Shown here: piece by piece, positions 38,906 through 51,800 of the stretch
How the letters are laid out: each line of letters opens with the position of its first letter
Position numbering within the stretch: position 1 is the stretch's first letter
Assembly (NCBI GenBank): GCA_043228905.1
Contig: JBHGNT010000003.1
Location: 13,082,001 to 13,146,000, forward strand
Source: Azolla caroliniana
Lineage: Eukaryota > Plantae > Polypodiophyta
Reading direction: 5' to 3'
DNA length: 64,000 bases
The notes under the pieces: generated by a model
Seen by the model: the letters and a program-made list of their open reading frames with translations, nothing else
Told to the model about the DNA's origin: nothing
Databases searched by the model: none
Program-made: the position numbers and the translations under genes

Positions 38906-40596
38906 GCCGGTTATATGAACGCCTAGCCAGACCGGCTGTCCGGTTTGCTGTTGGCACTGACTGTCGCCGTCTATCTGTTGGCCGCCGCTCCTGACCGGTC
39001 CGGGTCCATCCGTTGTACAATGGTCGTCGCTATCTAGTGTCATCTATGGTTGCTAGACACCGGTTGTCTGGCCGTCTGTCGGCCTTTTTCATTCGCTGGT
39101 CGTCTCTCAGCCGTTACTCGTTACTCGGTTGTTGGCCATCCCTGAGCCCTGGCATGTTGTCAGAGCTCACAATGAGTGCATACGTTTCTCTATTGATAGA
39201 ATAACAAGTTCTTCATCATGTCCACTGATAGGAGATACGCCACACACCCTATGCAATAGATGTTGAAGGACTTGTAGTTTGATCCCATTTTGTACTTGTT
39301 GATTACCACAGGTGAGAGTGATAGAGGTTGATAGAAGAGGCAATAGTTGATTGCCCACAATAGCATAAGGATGAAGGTAAGGATGAAGGCCGCCATGTCC
39401 ACACCTAGATACTACCTTCGTTTTTGTAAAAGGCATAGGTCCGAATAGGAAAGAGTTCATCTTTTCTGCTTTAGTGCTGAAGACGAGGCCATTGACATTG
39501 ATTACACACAAGAATAGAGGAAGAGAAGGAGAGGGATATACCATGGGTCTGAATGACTGAGTCTGTCTCCTTCAACGATGACCAAAATAAAACTTGTGGT
39601 AGCAACGTGTTGCAGCAAGGTAAAATGATCTTGCATGTTGATCTTCAAAGCGAGAAGAGAACTAGTAAGGGGGTGTAGGTAGTTGGATGAGATGATGATC
39701 CGAGACGATGAAAATTAGAATCACAATAGTAGCTTGCTTATGTAGTAGTTAATGAAGAAGCAAAATCAGAAATCATTTTGTAAGAGGATTAACACACATA
39801 TGCGGGACAGAAACCTTGTGCTCCCTGATCACACTGAACAACCAAGAGCAAGCAAGAAGTTTAGGGTTATGGGAAAGAGAAATAGATAGACTTCCTCGCA
39901 AGGGGTAGTGTGGAGATCTCCATCACAATTTGGCTCTCACACAAAGAGTCCACATACAAACCACACTCTCCAACACAGATATCTATCCGTAGAGAGGGTG
40001 AGAACGAGGGATTAGTTAGGGATTAGTGATGGAGAGGGAGAGTGAGGGAGGGAGAGAGTGACCTCTTCTCAAGGGAGGTCATCGGTTCAAGTGTGCCAAA
40101 AGTGTTATCGGGGTGGGGGGTGAATGGCTTCACCCCCCCTCCCAAAAGAGAAAGAAAAATAGAAAAAGAGAGGAAGTCTATCTATTTCTCAAAAGAGGAG
40201 CAAAAGAGAAAGAAAAATAGAAAATGACACAAAATGAAGAATTGTCAGTCGTGCCTTTTGGCCGTACACTCAGTCACACGTCTCTCGGGCGCATTCTTGA
40301 CCGTGCGTCTCGGCTGTACTCTTGGCCGTGCTCTAGGCCACGCGTCTCGGCCGTACACTCAACCACACTTCTGGGCGATGATCTAGGCTATGCGTCTCGG
40401 TTGTGCTGTCGGTCACGCGTCTTGGCCGTACTGTTGGCCACGCATCTCAGTCGGGCGTCTTGGTTCTCAGCCGTGGTCTCGGCCATGCATCTTGGGTTCT
40501 CGGCTGAATCTCAGGTTCTTTTCACGGCCATCACGTCCATCAGCCTTGTCTGCCAGCTTCTTCTTCGTTCGTCGGTCGTTTATGTCTAGCCGCCCA

Positions 40597-41452
40597 CTAT
40601 TTCTCTATCCTCATGGAGCTAATGCCATACAATCGAACTTTCCCATCTTTGGAACCAACAGCAACAAATCCATCACCATGTCGATCTCTCATATCCCATC
40701 TGCACAACCTGTTGTCATCAAGGCCCAAGAAAATAGAACCAGATAGGTTGAGCTGTGACCCTTTGCTCTCGTTGTTCTTGTCAAGCGTCATGATGGAGCG
40801 CCATCCTATTTTCACTTTGCCACAACTTTTCCGATCATATTCATATTCATCATATTCATCTCTCCCGTCATAAGCATAACTTTCTTTGGAGTTGAATTTG
40901 AATCAACCCCTGACATTCTCTTCTCATACCTCACAATCGTTCCTTTGCCACATACTCTTGATGCCATAGTTTTTACTCCTTCAATACCATTATTACTCAC
41001 CAAGAAACTATGGTCTAAGGCTCCCATCACAAAACTTTGAAAACCACCCAAGCTTGATTCATTTCAGATCCTTCTTCCCGAGTCTTTCTCAAATACCCCA
41101 TCTTTTGCATCTTCCCAACCAGACTCGTTTGCCTTGCCATGAGCTTTTTTGAGATGATCCATTGTGCCTTGGGAGTGTTACCACCAACATGGCGATAAAT
41201 CTTGGCGGTTTGTTTGGCGGCACCTATAGCGACAACAGGAGTGTGAGAGCTGTTGAGTGTGAGAGAGTTGAGGCTTAGATCAACCATGAGCGATGGCGAT
41301 GGTGAAGCATTTTGTGCAGCGGAGGGGGAATAAAAAGCAGTGGCGGAGGGTGAGGTTTCAGAGAGTTTGGTGAGAGTAGGGGGATTGGAAGATGAGTCAT
41401 CTTCATTGCATGATATGGATAAGGTTCTTTCATTATTGTTGGAAGCTCCCAT
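40597..41452 (-). pseudogene. Captured, internally deleted CYPRO4/VID27-family gene fragment
   Basis: KIYRHVGGNTPKAQWI; GALDHSFLVS; STPKKVMLM; SKGSQL..FLGLDDNRLCRWDMRDRHG; VGSKDGKVRLY match recalled plant CYPRO4/VID27 motifs, in the correct order. Confidence 0.85.
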
Positions 41453-42932
41453 GGAGGATTATGGTGAGGAGGAAGCTTTGTGGGCAAGCAGACAGTGGCA
41501 AGCTCCAAGAAGGCCATCAGAGATATAGAGAGATGGATAAGAAGTTATATAGATCAACAAATGGATGGATGGATGAAATCTGTAGAAAGTAGCGTGCGGA
41601 AACAAGTATGAAGGTAGAGCAGAAGGAAGAACACTCAGGTTTAATGGAGAGCTTGAGCTTACGCAGTATACGCGAGAGAGACAGAGAGAGTGAGAGAGAA
41701 GACACAAGAACTATATTCAACCTCTATTCTCGACTCTATACATATGTGTGTTCAATGAACACTTTTATACAAGTCCTAGAAGGACTGACAGAAGTACTGA
41801 CAGTACTTCAATGCTCATTCAAGAGAGCTCCTACACTAACTCCCAAATATATTCCTCACGGAATATCTTCCCTAACGGCCTCCCGGTTTACGCACCGATC
41901 CGGCCCTGCCTACGCACCGGTCTGCATACCGGTTTATGCATTCAGCCTAACCGATCGGTCCCAACCGATCCGGTCCTCGGCTTCTTCAGCCGATCCGGCT
42001 GACGTTGAGCTTGTCTCTCAACACTCCCCCTCAAGCTCAACTTGAGGCTCTTCTGGATCTTCGGGCTCACAGCTCCGGTTCCTCCTGGCTTCACGCCTAG
42101 CTCGCGCTCCTCGACTTGTTCGACTCCGCGCGCTTCGACCCTTCCGGTCGGCTTGTCTGCTCACGTGGCCCTTATCAGCTCTTCTGCTGTTGCGGTGTTG
42201 ACGCTTCTCCTGCTGCCTTTTTTTCCGCTTGGGCCTCGGTTGATTCAGCGTATCTGAATCAAACATCCGAACCGACTCGGCTACCTCCGATTGGTTTTCT
42301 CTCTCGTCCGAGTTGGCTATCTCCAACTCGTCTTCGGTCTTCTCGCCCTCGATGGCGTCATTTCCCCCATGCATGGTTGGCTTCGGCTCTCTCCTTCGGC
42401 TGCTCCCCTTCTGTTCACTTCCGGACTTATCCGCGGGTCCGCCCTCGGCTTCTTCAGCCGATCCGAAGTCGAACTCGACAACCGAGTCAACCAACTCGGT
42501 GGTGTCACGGTCTCCGCTCCTTTCCTGCTGCCTTGCTTGGTCGTTCGGGACTGTTCTCCCCCTCAAGTTTGGCACGTCGAGGTGACGCAATCTGAGCGCA
42601 CCTGAGAATTGCCGCAACTTGTCCAGACCAAGAGGCTTGGTGAAGATGTCGGCAATCTGCCAATCCGTCGGCACGTACTGAAGTTCGACTTCACCGGAAA
42701 GGACACGCTCACGGACGAAATGGTAGTGCACCTCAATGTGCTTGGTCTGTGCGTGGAAAACGGGGTTCTTCGCGAACTGGATGCTGCTGAAGTTGTCGCA
42801 ATAGATCGTCGTCGGATCTGACATCTCCGCTTGCAGGTCCTTAAGTAGCCGCTTCAACCATATGGCTTTGCATGTCGCGACGGCCGCTCCTCGGTACTCA
42901 GCTTCGGTGTTCGACAGTGCAACTGTCGGCTG

Positions 42933-43255
42933 TGTTGGGATTTCGGTCCCTCCGGATGGGATGTCCGGAGATGAATGACGGCAAGCCCGGTTGCGGTTAC
43001 GGAACCGGAGGATGAAGAGTACCCGGCTACGGAGCCGGATGACGAAGACCCCGGCTACGGAGCCGGATGATGAATGTACCCGGAGAGAGATCCGGATGCG
43101 GGGACATATTTGTGAATATGTTTGCCAAGGGCCCTTGAGGCTATATTTGTAAATAGCCCGAAAGTCATATGTGTATAAATATGACTTAGGGCAAACAGTT
43201 CTGTGGTTGTTACTCATTTTTCTGGTTTTCCACTTAGAGGGAGCTAAGTGAGCAG

Positions 43256-43302
<47 letters not shown>

Positions 43303-46300
43303 GAAGAGGTCGTTGCCTCTGTGTATTACCGCCGCCTGTGGCGAAGACAGTGAGCTCAAGGTTGTTGCCTTGTAGCTTCACCATTGTACACCTCTGTTTA
43401 TAGTGATAGTTGGAGTTTGAGGACTCCCGTGGTTTTTCCCATTTAGGGTTTTCCACGTAAAACATCCTGTGTACTCTTCTCTCTATTGTCTTCGTGCATT
43501 TTGCATTTCCTGTTTTCTGTGAGTTGATCCTATTCCTCGGTTGTGGCCGAGCACGGTGTTCAGCAAAGTGGTATCAGAGCGACGGTAACACAGAAAATGG
43601 AAGGCGGCGGTAGTGGGCCTCCGGGCATGATGGTGTTGAACTCACAGAACTACGCCGACTGGAAGATAAAGATGGAAGACCTTCTCATCGTCCGAGACCT
43701 GTACGAACCGATCAACAATGCCGAGATACCCAAGGGGGTAATAGAGTCGGAGTGGAAGCTCCTGAACCGGAAAGCCGTAGCGACGATCCGGCAATATGTC
43801 GATGTAAGTGTCCTGCAACATGTGGCGAACGATACGAACGCCTATGAGATGTGGCAGAAGCTGTCCGGACTGTATGAGAGGAAGAATGCTCTGACCCGGA
43901 CCTCCCTGATGAGGAAGATAGTGAATCTTAAGTACCGGGACGACGAGAGCATGGTTGAACACGTCAGCACGTTCATGGGATTTGTGAACCAGCTTGCGGC
44001 GATCAAGTTCCCGTTGGATGACGCAATGCAAGCCATCATGCTGATGTGTACCCTTCCGGAGAGCTGGGAGAACTTGGTAGTTACTCTCAGCACCTCCTGT
44101 AAGGAAGAGAACTTGTCTTTACAAACGGTAAAGACAAGTATTCTAAATGAAGAAGCGCCTCGGAGAGATAAAGAACCGGCCTCCGACTCGAAGGCGCTAC
44201 TTACCGAATCGGAACGGGGAAGACAACGGAACCGGAGTCCGCAAAGACGGGAGAAGTCGGGGACACGGTCGCAGTCGAGGGGAAGACCTACATGCTTCTA
44301 CTGTGGGAAGCCGGGGCACTTCCAGAAGAACTGTCGGCATTTCCGGAAAGACAACGGAACCGACGGTACCGATTCGAAGAAGTCACCGGAGCGAAACGGT
44401 GCATACCGGAGAGCCACGGACCGGAGAGGTCCGGATCGGCGAGGGCAGGACCGGAAAGGAACGACGGCACTCGCGGCAAGTGAAGAAGAGATAATGCTCC
44501 TTACCGAAGAGAGGGAGCTGAACCTTGCCGGTGAAGAGATGACCTGGGTGGTCGATTCCGGAGCGTCGTTCCACCTGACCCCGGAGAAGAAATACTTCTC
44601 ATCCTACACAGCCGGTGAGCACGGCTGTGTCCGGATGGGAAATGAAGGTACATGCCGGATTGCCGGCATAGGAGACGTGTGGCTGATGACCTCAACCGGA
44701 TGCAAGATGCTGCTGAAGGATGTACGACACGTTCCGGAGGTTCGATTGAACCTGATTTCGGCCGGGAGGCTAGACGATGAAGGCTACACAGGTAGCATCC
44801 GGAACGGTGTCATGAAGTTCAGCAAAGGGAGCCTGATAGTGGCTCGGGCCCGGAAGGTCAACACACTATACCTGATGAATTCCCGGCTATGTCCGGAGGA
44901 GCTGAACGTGGCAGCCGACACTGCCGGTGAGCTGTGGCACAAGAGACTGTGCCACATGAGTGAGAAGGGGATGAAGAGGCTTGCAGAAGACAACCTTATT
45001 CCAGTGAAGCATGTGCACCTGGAGAAGTGCACCGATTGCCTGGCCGGTAAGCAGAACCGAACCTCCTTCCACTCAAGGCCACCGACGAGACGTAGCGCAC
45101 CATTGGAGTTGGTGCACACTGACGTGTGTCAAGTAGAAACGAAGTCACATGGCGGAGCCCAGTACTTCGTTACATTCATTGATGACCACAGCCGGAAGCT
45201 GTGGACGGCACCGTTGAAGACAAAGGACCAAGTATTGTCCGTCTTCAAAGAACTCCACGTGAGAGTGGAAAGAGAATCCGGCAAGAAGCTGAAAGCGATA
45301 CGAGCGGATAACGGGGGCAGTTCGCGGAGTACTGCCGTTCGATGGGAATCCGGCTCGAGTTTACTGTGCCGAAGACGCCGGAACTGAACGGGCTGGCCGA
45401 GAGGATGAACCGGACCATACCATAATGGAGAGGGTCCGGAGTATGCTAGCACATGCGAAATTACCCAAGGGATTTTGGGCTGAGGCAATGTCGACGGCGA
45501 CATATGTGATAAATAGATCACCCTCAGTACCCCTGGATGGAGACACGCCACAGAGAGTGTGGACCGGTAAGGAAGTGTCCTACCGGCATCTGAAGGTGTT
45601 CGGGTGTCTCGCATATGTGCATGTGGCAAAGGACCGGAGAGGAAAGCTAGATCCAAAGACCCGGCCATGCATATTCCTCGGTTACGGCGACGACGAGTTC
45701 GGCTACCGAGTATGGGACCCGGTCGACAAGAAGATATTCAGGAGTCGAGATATCATCTTCATGGAGGACAAGACACTCGCCGAATGGGAGTCGGAGAAGA
45801 AGATGAAGAGCTCCAAGTCGACCAGTGAGAATCAACTCTACGAGGAGCAGTCCCGACCAGCAAGGGACCGGTTAGCACTCGAGGATCCGGCCGAAGACGG
45901 TGAAGAAACAGAACCGGCCGAGGAAGATGAAACTGATACTGGAACCGGCCCCGATCCCGAAATGGATTCGGATGAAGAGGAAACGGAGGAGCCGGTTACC
46001 GAAGCTCCGGAACGGAGATATCCTCTAAGAGAGAGAAGGGCCCCCCGGAGATTTCCGGAACCAGAGCACGTGCTGCTAACCGACGAGGGGGAGCCGGAGA
46101 GTTTTGAAGAAGCAAAGCTTGACACCCATAGTCGCAGGTGGTTAAGTGCCATGCAGGAGGAGATGGATTCCCTGCATGAGAACCACACATATGAACTTGT
46201 GGAGTTGCCGAAAGGAAAGCGGGCACTTCGAAACAAGTGGGTGTTCAAGCTGAAACCGGGAGTTGCCGGAAACCCCCCGAGATACAAAGCCAGGATCGTG

Positions 46301-47995
46301 GTGAAGGGGTTCCAGCAGAAGAAGGGCGTCGACTTCGACGAGATATTTGCCCCGGTAGTGAAGATGACCTCCATCCGGACGGTGCTGAGCATAGCGGCAA
46401 GCATGGACCTCGAGGTAGAACAGATGGACGTGAAGACGACATTCCTTCACGGTGACCTCGAAGAAGAGATCTACATGCAGCAACCGGAAGGATTCGAGGA
46501 GAAAGGGAAGGAGCATCTGGTATGCCGGTTGAAGAAGAGCCTTTACGGACTGAAGCAGGCTCCCCGGCAGTGGTACCGGAAGTTCGACTCTTTCATGACC
46601 GACGAAGGGTACCACAAAACGCAGTCCGATCACTGCGTGTTTGTGAAGAAGTTCGAAGGAGGAGACTTTCTAATACTCCTCCTGTACGTGGACGACATGT
46701 TGATCGTTGGACGGGACCAGGTCAAGATACGGATGCTGAAGAAAGCTCTTCACCGAACCTTCTCAATGAAGGACCTGGGTCCGGCGAGGCAAATACTAGG
46801 GATGCACATCATCCGGGACCGGAAGAAGAAGCAGTTGTGGCTGTCACAGGAGAAGTACGTGACAAAGGTGCTTCACCGGTTCAACATGTCGGAAGCAAGA
46901 CCGGTCGGGTCAACCCTCCCGGCAAACTGCAAGTTGTCCAGCAAGCAAAGCCCCAAGACAAAGGCTGAGAAGGAGGACATGATGAAAGTACCATATGCCT
47001 CTGCCGTCGGAAGCTTGATGTACGCAATGGTGTGTACAAGACCGGACATAGGATATGCAGTCGGAGTGGTGAGCCGGTATATGAGTAATCCCGGCAAGGA
47101 GCACTGGAACGCGGTCAAATGGATACTCCGATACTTAAAGGGCACTTCGAACATGTGCCTCCGATTCGGCTCCGGTAAGCCCGAACTCGATGGATTTACC
47201 GATTCGGACATGTCGGCTGATGCGGATACCAGCCGGTCTACATCTGGGTATGTAATGACATATGCAGGGGGGGCCGTTTCGTGGCAGTCGAGGTTGCAGA
47301 AGACGGTTGCGTTGTCAACCACGGAGGCGGAGTACATGGCGGCTGTTGAAGCCGGCAAGGAAATAATATGGATGAAGGACTTCATTAAAGAGCTCGGTAT
47401 CCGGCAGGAGGAGTACCGACTCTACTGCGACAGTCAGAGTGCCATCCACCTTGCGAAGAACGCGGCCTACCATTCCCGGACGAAACACATCCAGCGTAGA
47501 TACCACTGGATCCGGGAAAGGATAGAAGACAAGGAGTTCGTGCTGACGAAGATCCACACGGACGAGAACGGGTCGGATATGCTGACCAAGGTGCTCACAC
47601 CCGACAAGCTGGAAGCATGCCGGAAGAGGATCGGATTGGAGAGACATCCCATGCCGAAGTGAAGGGGGAGTTTGTTGGGATTTCGGTCCCTCCGGATGGG
47701 ATGTCCGGAGATGAATGACGGCAAGCCCGGTTGCGGTTACGGAACCGGAGGATGAAGAGTACCCGGCTACGGAGCTGGATGACGAAGACCCCGGCTACGG
47801 AGCCGGATGATGAATGTACCCGGAGAGAGATCCGGATGCGGGGACATATTTGTGAATATGTTTGCCAAGGGCCCTTGAGGCTATATTTGTAAATAGCCCG
47901 AAAGTCATATGTGTATAAATATGACTTAGGGCAAACAGTTATGTGGTTGTTACTCATTTTTCTGGTTTTCCACTTAGAGGGAGCTAAGTGAGCAG

Positions 47996-48054
<59 letters not shown>

Positions 48055-48317
48055 GAAGAGGTCGTTGCCTCTGTGTATTACCGCCGCCTGTGGCGAAGAC
48101 AGTGAGCTCAAGGTTGTTGCCTTGTAGCTTCACCATTGTACACCTCTGTTTATAGTGATAGTTGGAGTTTGAGGACTCCCGTGGTTTTTCCCATTTAGGG
48201 TTTTCCACGTAAAACATCCTTTGTACTCTTCTCTCTATTGTCTTCGTGCATTTTGCATTTCCTGTTTTCTGTGAGTTGATCCTATTCCTCGGTTGTGGCC
48301 GAGCACGGTGTTCAGCA
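42933..48317 (+). mobile_element. Ty1/Copia element G, full length and young
   Basis: LTRs at 42933-43565 and 47673-48317, differing mainly in (AG)n length. TSD GGCTG. iMet PBS at 43569-43580. PPT at 47661-47670. Confidence 0.97.
43598..47662 (+). pseudogene. Copia G Gag-Pol with two indels in integrase (~45318 deletion, ~45420 5-bp duplication)
   Basis: CFYCGKPGHFQKNC, WVVDSGAS, HTDVC, ADNGG, LYVDDML, TDSDMS, TKHIQRRYHW. Confidence 0.93.
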
Positions 48318-48421
48318 GGCTGCTTGTTACTGCTCCACGCGATCGCGGCACTCCCGAGGGAGAACGCGTATCCGGACGTGGATCGGCGATCGGCGGCGTT
48401 GCCAACCCAATCAGCATCGGT

Positions 48422-48895
48422 TGTTATGTACACATAACGTTGGTGAGGGTAGGTCACTAATATTTACATTAGTGAAGGGTATGTTCACTATTATTAAAAA
48501 GGGGACTAATGATTGGATAGAATGAATGATATGTGCATGCACTATCATGATTTAGACAACCAATGAATAGAGAGCCTTTGAGAAAGGCACATCTATTCAA
48601 GGGGCCTAGGAAAAGGTATAAATATGAGGCTTAGCTACCCTCATAGGGATCATTACGTCGGAAGGCTGCTGTCGTAGACACCGGTGGTGCGGGCTAGGCT
48701 TTCGTCTCAACGATCGTGTTTATCTCTTCCAAGGTATTAGTCATCCTAATATCCGGCGGTATGGGACGTCGGTGGTAGGTTGGCTATGTCTAGATCATAG
48801 CTCGGGGGTGGTCGGGTGGAACGGGTTCTTCTATCCAATCTATTTTCTTCCTTTTTACTTGATTTGGTCTATTGATTAGTAATAGACTCTTAACA
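48422..48895 (+). repeat. Solo LTR (474 bp), related to the LTR of Gypsy D
   Basis: TGTTA...TAACA with TSD TCGGT. Shares TATAAATA.GAGGC.TAGCTACCCTCAT with 53796-53823. Confidence 0.88.
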
Positions 48896-51800
48896 TCGGT
48901 GTAGCCGACTAACTGCGCGGCTGCACCGGTCCGATATAGCAGTCCGCGGTCCTTAGTGCCGCTTACGTACCGAAGTACGTGTTGCGCACACTGAAGGTGC
49001 TCCTCGGTAGGTCGCGCCATGAACTGACTGATCACCCCGACTGGATAACTAAGGTCGGGTCGGGTGATGGTCAAGTATATGAGGCTTCTGACAATTTGTC
49101 AGAACCTCGTCGGGTCGCATACCTTTCCCGTATCGGGATGAAGCTTGATGGTTCTATCCAAAGGAGTTGAGACAGACTTACAGTCGGCCATCCCGAGTTT
49201 GAAGAGCATACCCAGCACGTGATGACGTTGGCTGATCAATATGCCTTCGGGGTTATGGATCACTTCGATCCTGAGGAAGTAATGAAGGTCCCCCAGATCC
49301 TTCATGTCGAATGATGCCGCAAGCTGGAGCTTCACGCGGTCGATTTCACCTAGGTCGGCGCCGGTGATGACCAAGTCATCGACATATAGTAGAATACTAA
49401 CCGGTCCGAGTCGACCTTTCCGGATGAACAGGGAAGAGTCCGATTTTGACGTGACGAAGCCCATCCGATGCAGTTGCTGCATGATCTTCGCATTCCAGGC
49501 ACGCGGGGCTTGCTTCAGTCCGTAAAGGGACTTCTTCAGTTGGCAAACTCCCGAGGAGTTTGTTCTGGAGTGAAATCCGGGGGGCTGTACCATGTACACT
49601 TGTTCCTCAAGGTCACCTTGGAGGAACGCATTCTTTACATCCATTTGATGTAGGTGCCACCCCTTGGCCGCGGCTACTGCGAGCAAAACACGGACGGTCG
49701 TCATTTTCGCAACCGGCGCAAATGTCTCATCGTAGTCGATGCCGTGTTTTTGCGCGTAGCCCTTTGCCACTAGCCGAGCCTTGTACCGGTTGACTGAGCC
49801 ATCGGTGTTGTACATGACTTTGTACACCCACCTACACCCGATCTGTTTTACCCCTCTTGGTGCGTCAACCAGGTCCCAGGTCTTGTTCTCCGCCAATGCG
49901 TGCATGTCTTCCTCAATCGCGGTACGCCAATTCGCGTTTTTAGCCGCTTCTGCGTAGCTCTCCGACTCACGCACTTCCGCTACACGGGTCATGTACGCAT
50001 AATGATGCGCCATGTACTCGTTGTATCCGAACCACAAAACAGGATTCTTCTGGCGGGTAGATCGGCGTAATCTCGCATTAGCCGATGTCGAGGCCTTCTC
50101 GGTCGACGCGGACTTCACTTTGAAAGACCCATCACCGGTTCCCTCGGAGTCAGACTCGCATCGGTCTGACTCGTTCCTATCCGTGCTGGAATCCGACACC
50201 TTCTTCTTCCCTTTCTCTTTGCGCATAAGCCGTCTTCTCGGCTTCCTGCGTGGGGAATGCATGGCCGAGTCTCCACTACTCGCCGGCTCTTCATCGGACT
50301 GGTCGTACTGACTCAATCGTCCAATCGGTCCACTTAATCGGAGTGAAATCAGACTCTCTTCGCGGGTCTCGATTTCGGGCTCATCCAGAGGCATCTCGGC
50401 CTCGCTGACCTCATCGTCAGAGCTCGTATTGGGGGCAGGGTTCGGAGTCGGGGGCAGGTACCAGGACGCGGACTCGTCAAACACAACGTCGCGGCTGACA
50501 CGCTCTTGTTTGGTGCGAGGGTTATAGCACTTATAACCCTTCTGCTCGTCCGAGTAACCGACCAAGATGCATTTCTGGGCCTTTGCGTCCAGCTTCCTCC
50601 TTTTCTCCTTCGGTATATGCAAGTTCGGCTTCGTTCCGAAATATAGCTCGTGCGCCGACACTTTGTCTCCGATCCGGTTCTGGATGTATACCGCGGTCCT
50701 TACCGCCTCGGCCCAGTAGAACTTGGGCAAGCTCTTCTCCTCCAGCATTGCCCGTGCCGCTTCCACAACTGACCAATTCTTCCTCTCAGCCACGCCGTTC
50801 TGCTCCGGCGTGTATCTACAACTGAATTAGCACTGAATTCCCATTTATTGTAGATAATCGTTGTATTGACCGGAGAAGTACTCTTTCCCGCCATCCGACC
50901 GCAGGCACTTGATTTTCCGTCCCGATTCCGTTTCCACGAACCCTTTGAGGTCCCGAAAGCAGTCGAAGACTTCGCTCTTCCTCTCAATGAGGTAGATCCA
51001 CGTGTGCCGCGTGTGGTCGTCGATGAAGGAGACGAAATATTGGCTCCCACCAAGACTAACGTTTTGTGCCGGCCTCCATACATCAGAGTGTATAAGGTTG
51101 AGCTTGTTCCGGCTCTGGTTTCGCTCGTTGGGGAAAGGAAGTCGGTGTTGCTTCCCGAGCTGGCAGGCTTCACAAATTTGTGGCTTTCGGCCACTAAAGT
51201 TGGGCAATCCGAACACTACCTGTTTTGATTGCAGATCTTGAAGCCGCTGGTAGTTGACGTGGCCTATCCGTTTGTGCCACAAGTCGATGTCCGATTCGGA
51301 TTTTTGTCCCTTCGCGAACATTGCGGTGCCGCCGTCAGTGGAATCGAGGATGAACATCCTGCTGTCTCTGCACCCTTGTGCAATCATACGACCTTCTTCC
51401 TCAATGAAGCACCCGAGGTGTGTAAACCGAACCTCCATCCCTTGGTCGACGATCTGTCCGACCGAGACCAAGTTCTTCGTGATTGTCGGAACGTGCAGCA
51501 CGTTCATGAGTTTCCCTTACTGCCCGACATGGCTAAGGGGAACTTCTCCGACATTCGTGATCAGATGCGGAGTGTCGTCTCCAGTTGCGACTACTCCAGG
51601 TTGTATCGGTTTTTCAAGGTACGAGAACCACTCCTTATGACTCGTCATGTGGTTCGACGCGCCGAGTCTACATACCACACCTCGTCCGATCTCGGGGTGG
51701 TCCATTTCATTGAGTTTGCTTCGTGTCTCGTCACGAAGACAGACCCTTCTCCGGCTCTCCCAGAGTCTTCGGCGTAGTGCGATCGCTGCCGATTTCCCTT

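Larger units (their letters stand above)
37672..41580. mobile_element. Non-autonomous LTR-element array N2/N3 with captured gene fragments (continues 53190-53617)
   Basis: 37690-37950 is homologous to N1 26526-26800. Degenerate ~22-bp repeats occur in both units. Partial type-2 LTR at 40103-40237. Segment 39885-40080 is repeated at 53435-53617. Confidence 0.7.

Noticed and set aside
42018-43217. 399-aa novel protein
   Set aside because: A chimeric frame: antisense G LTR fused at the insertion point to F RNase H and its tail.
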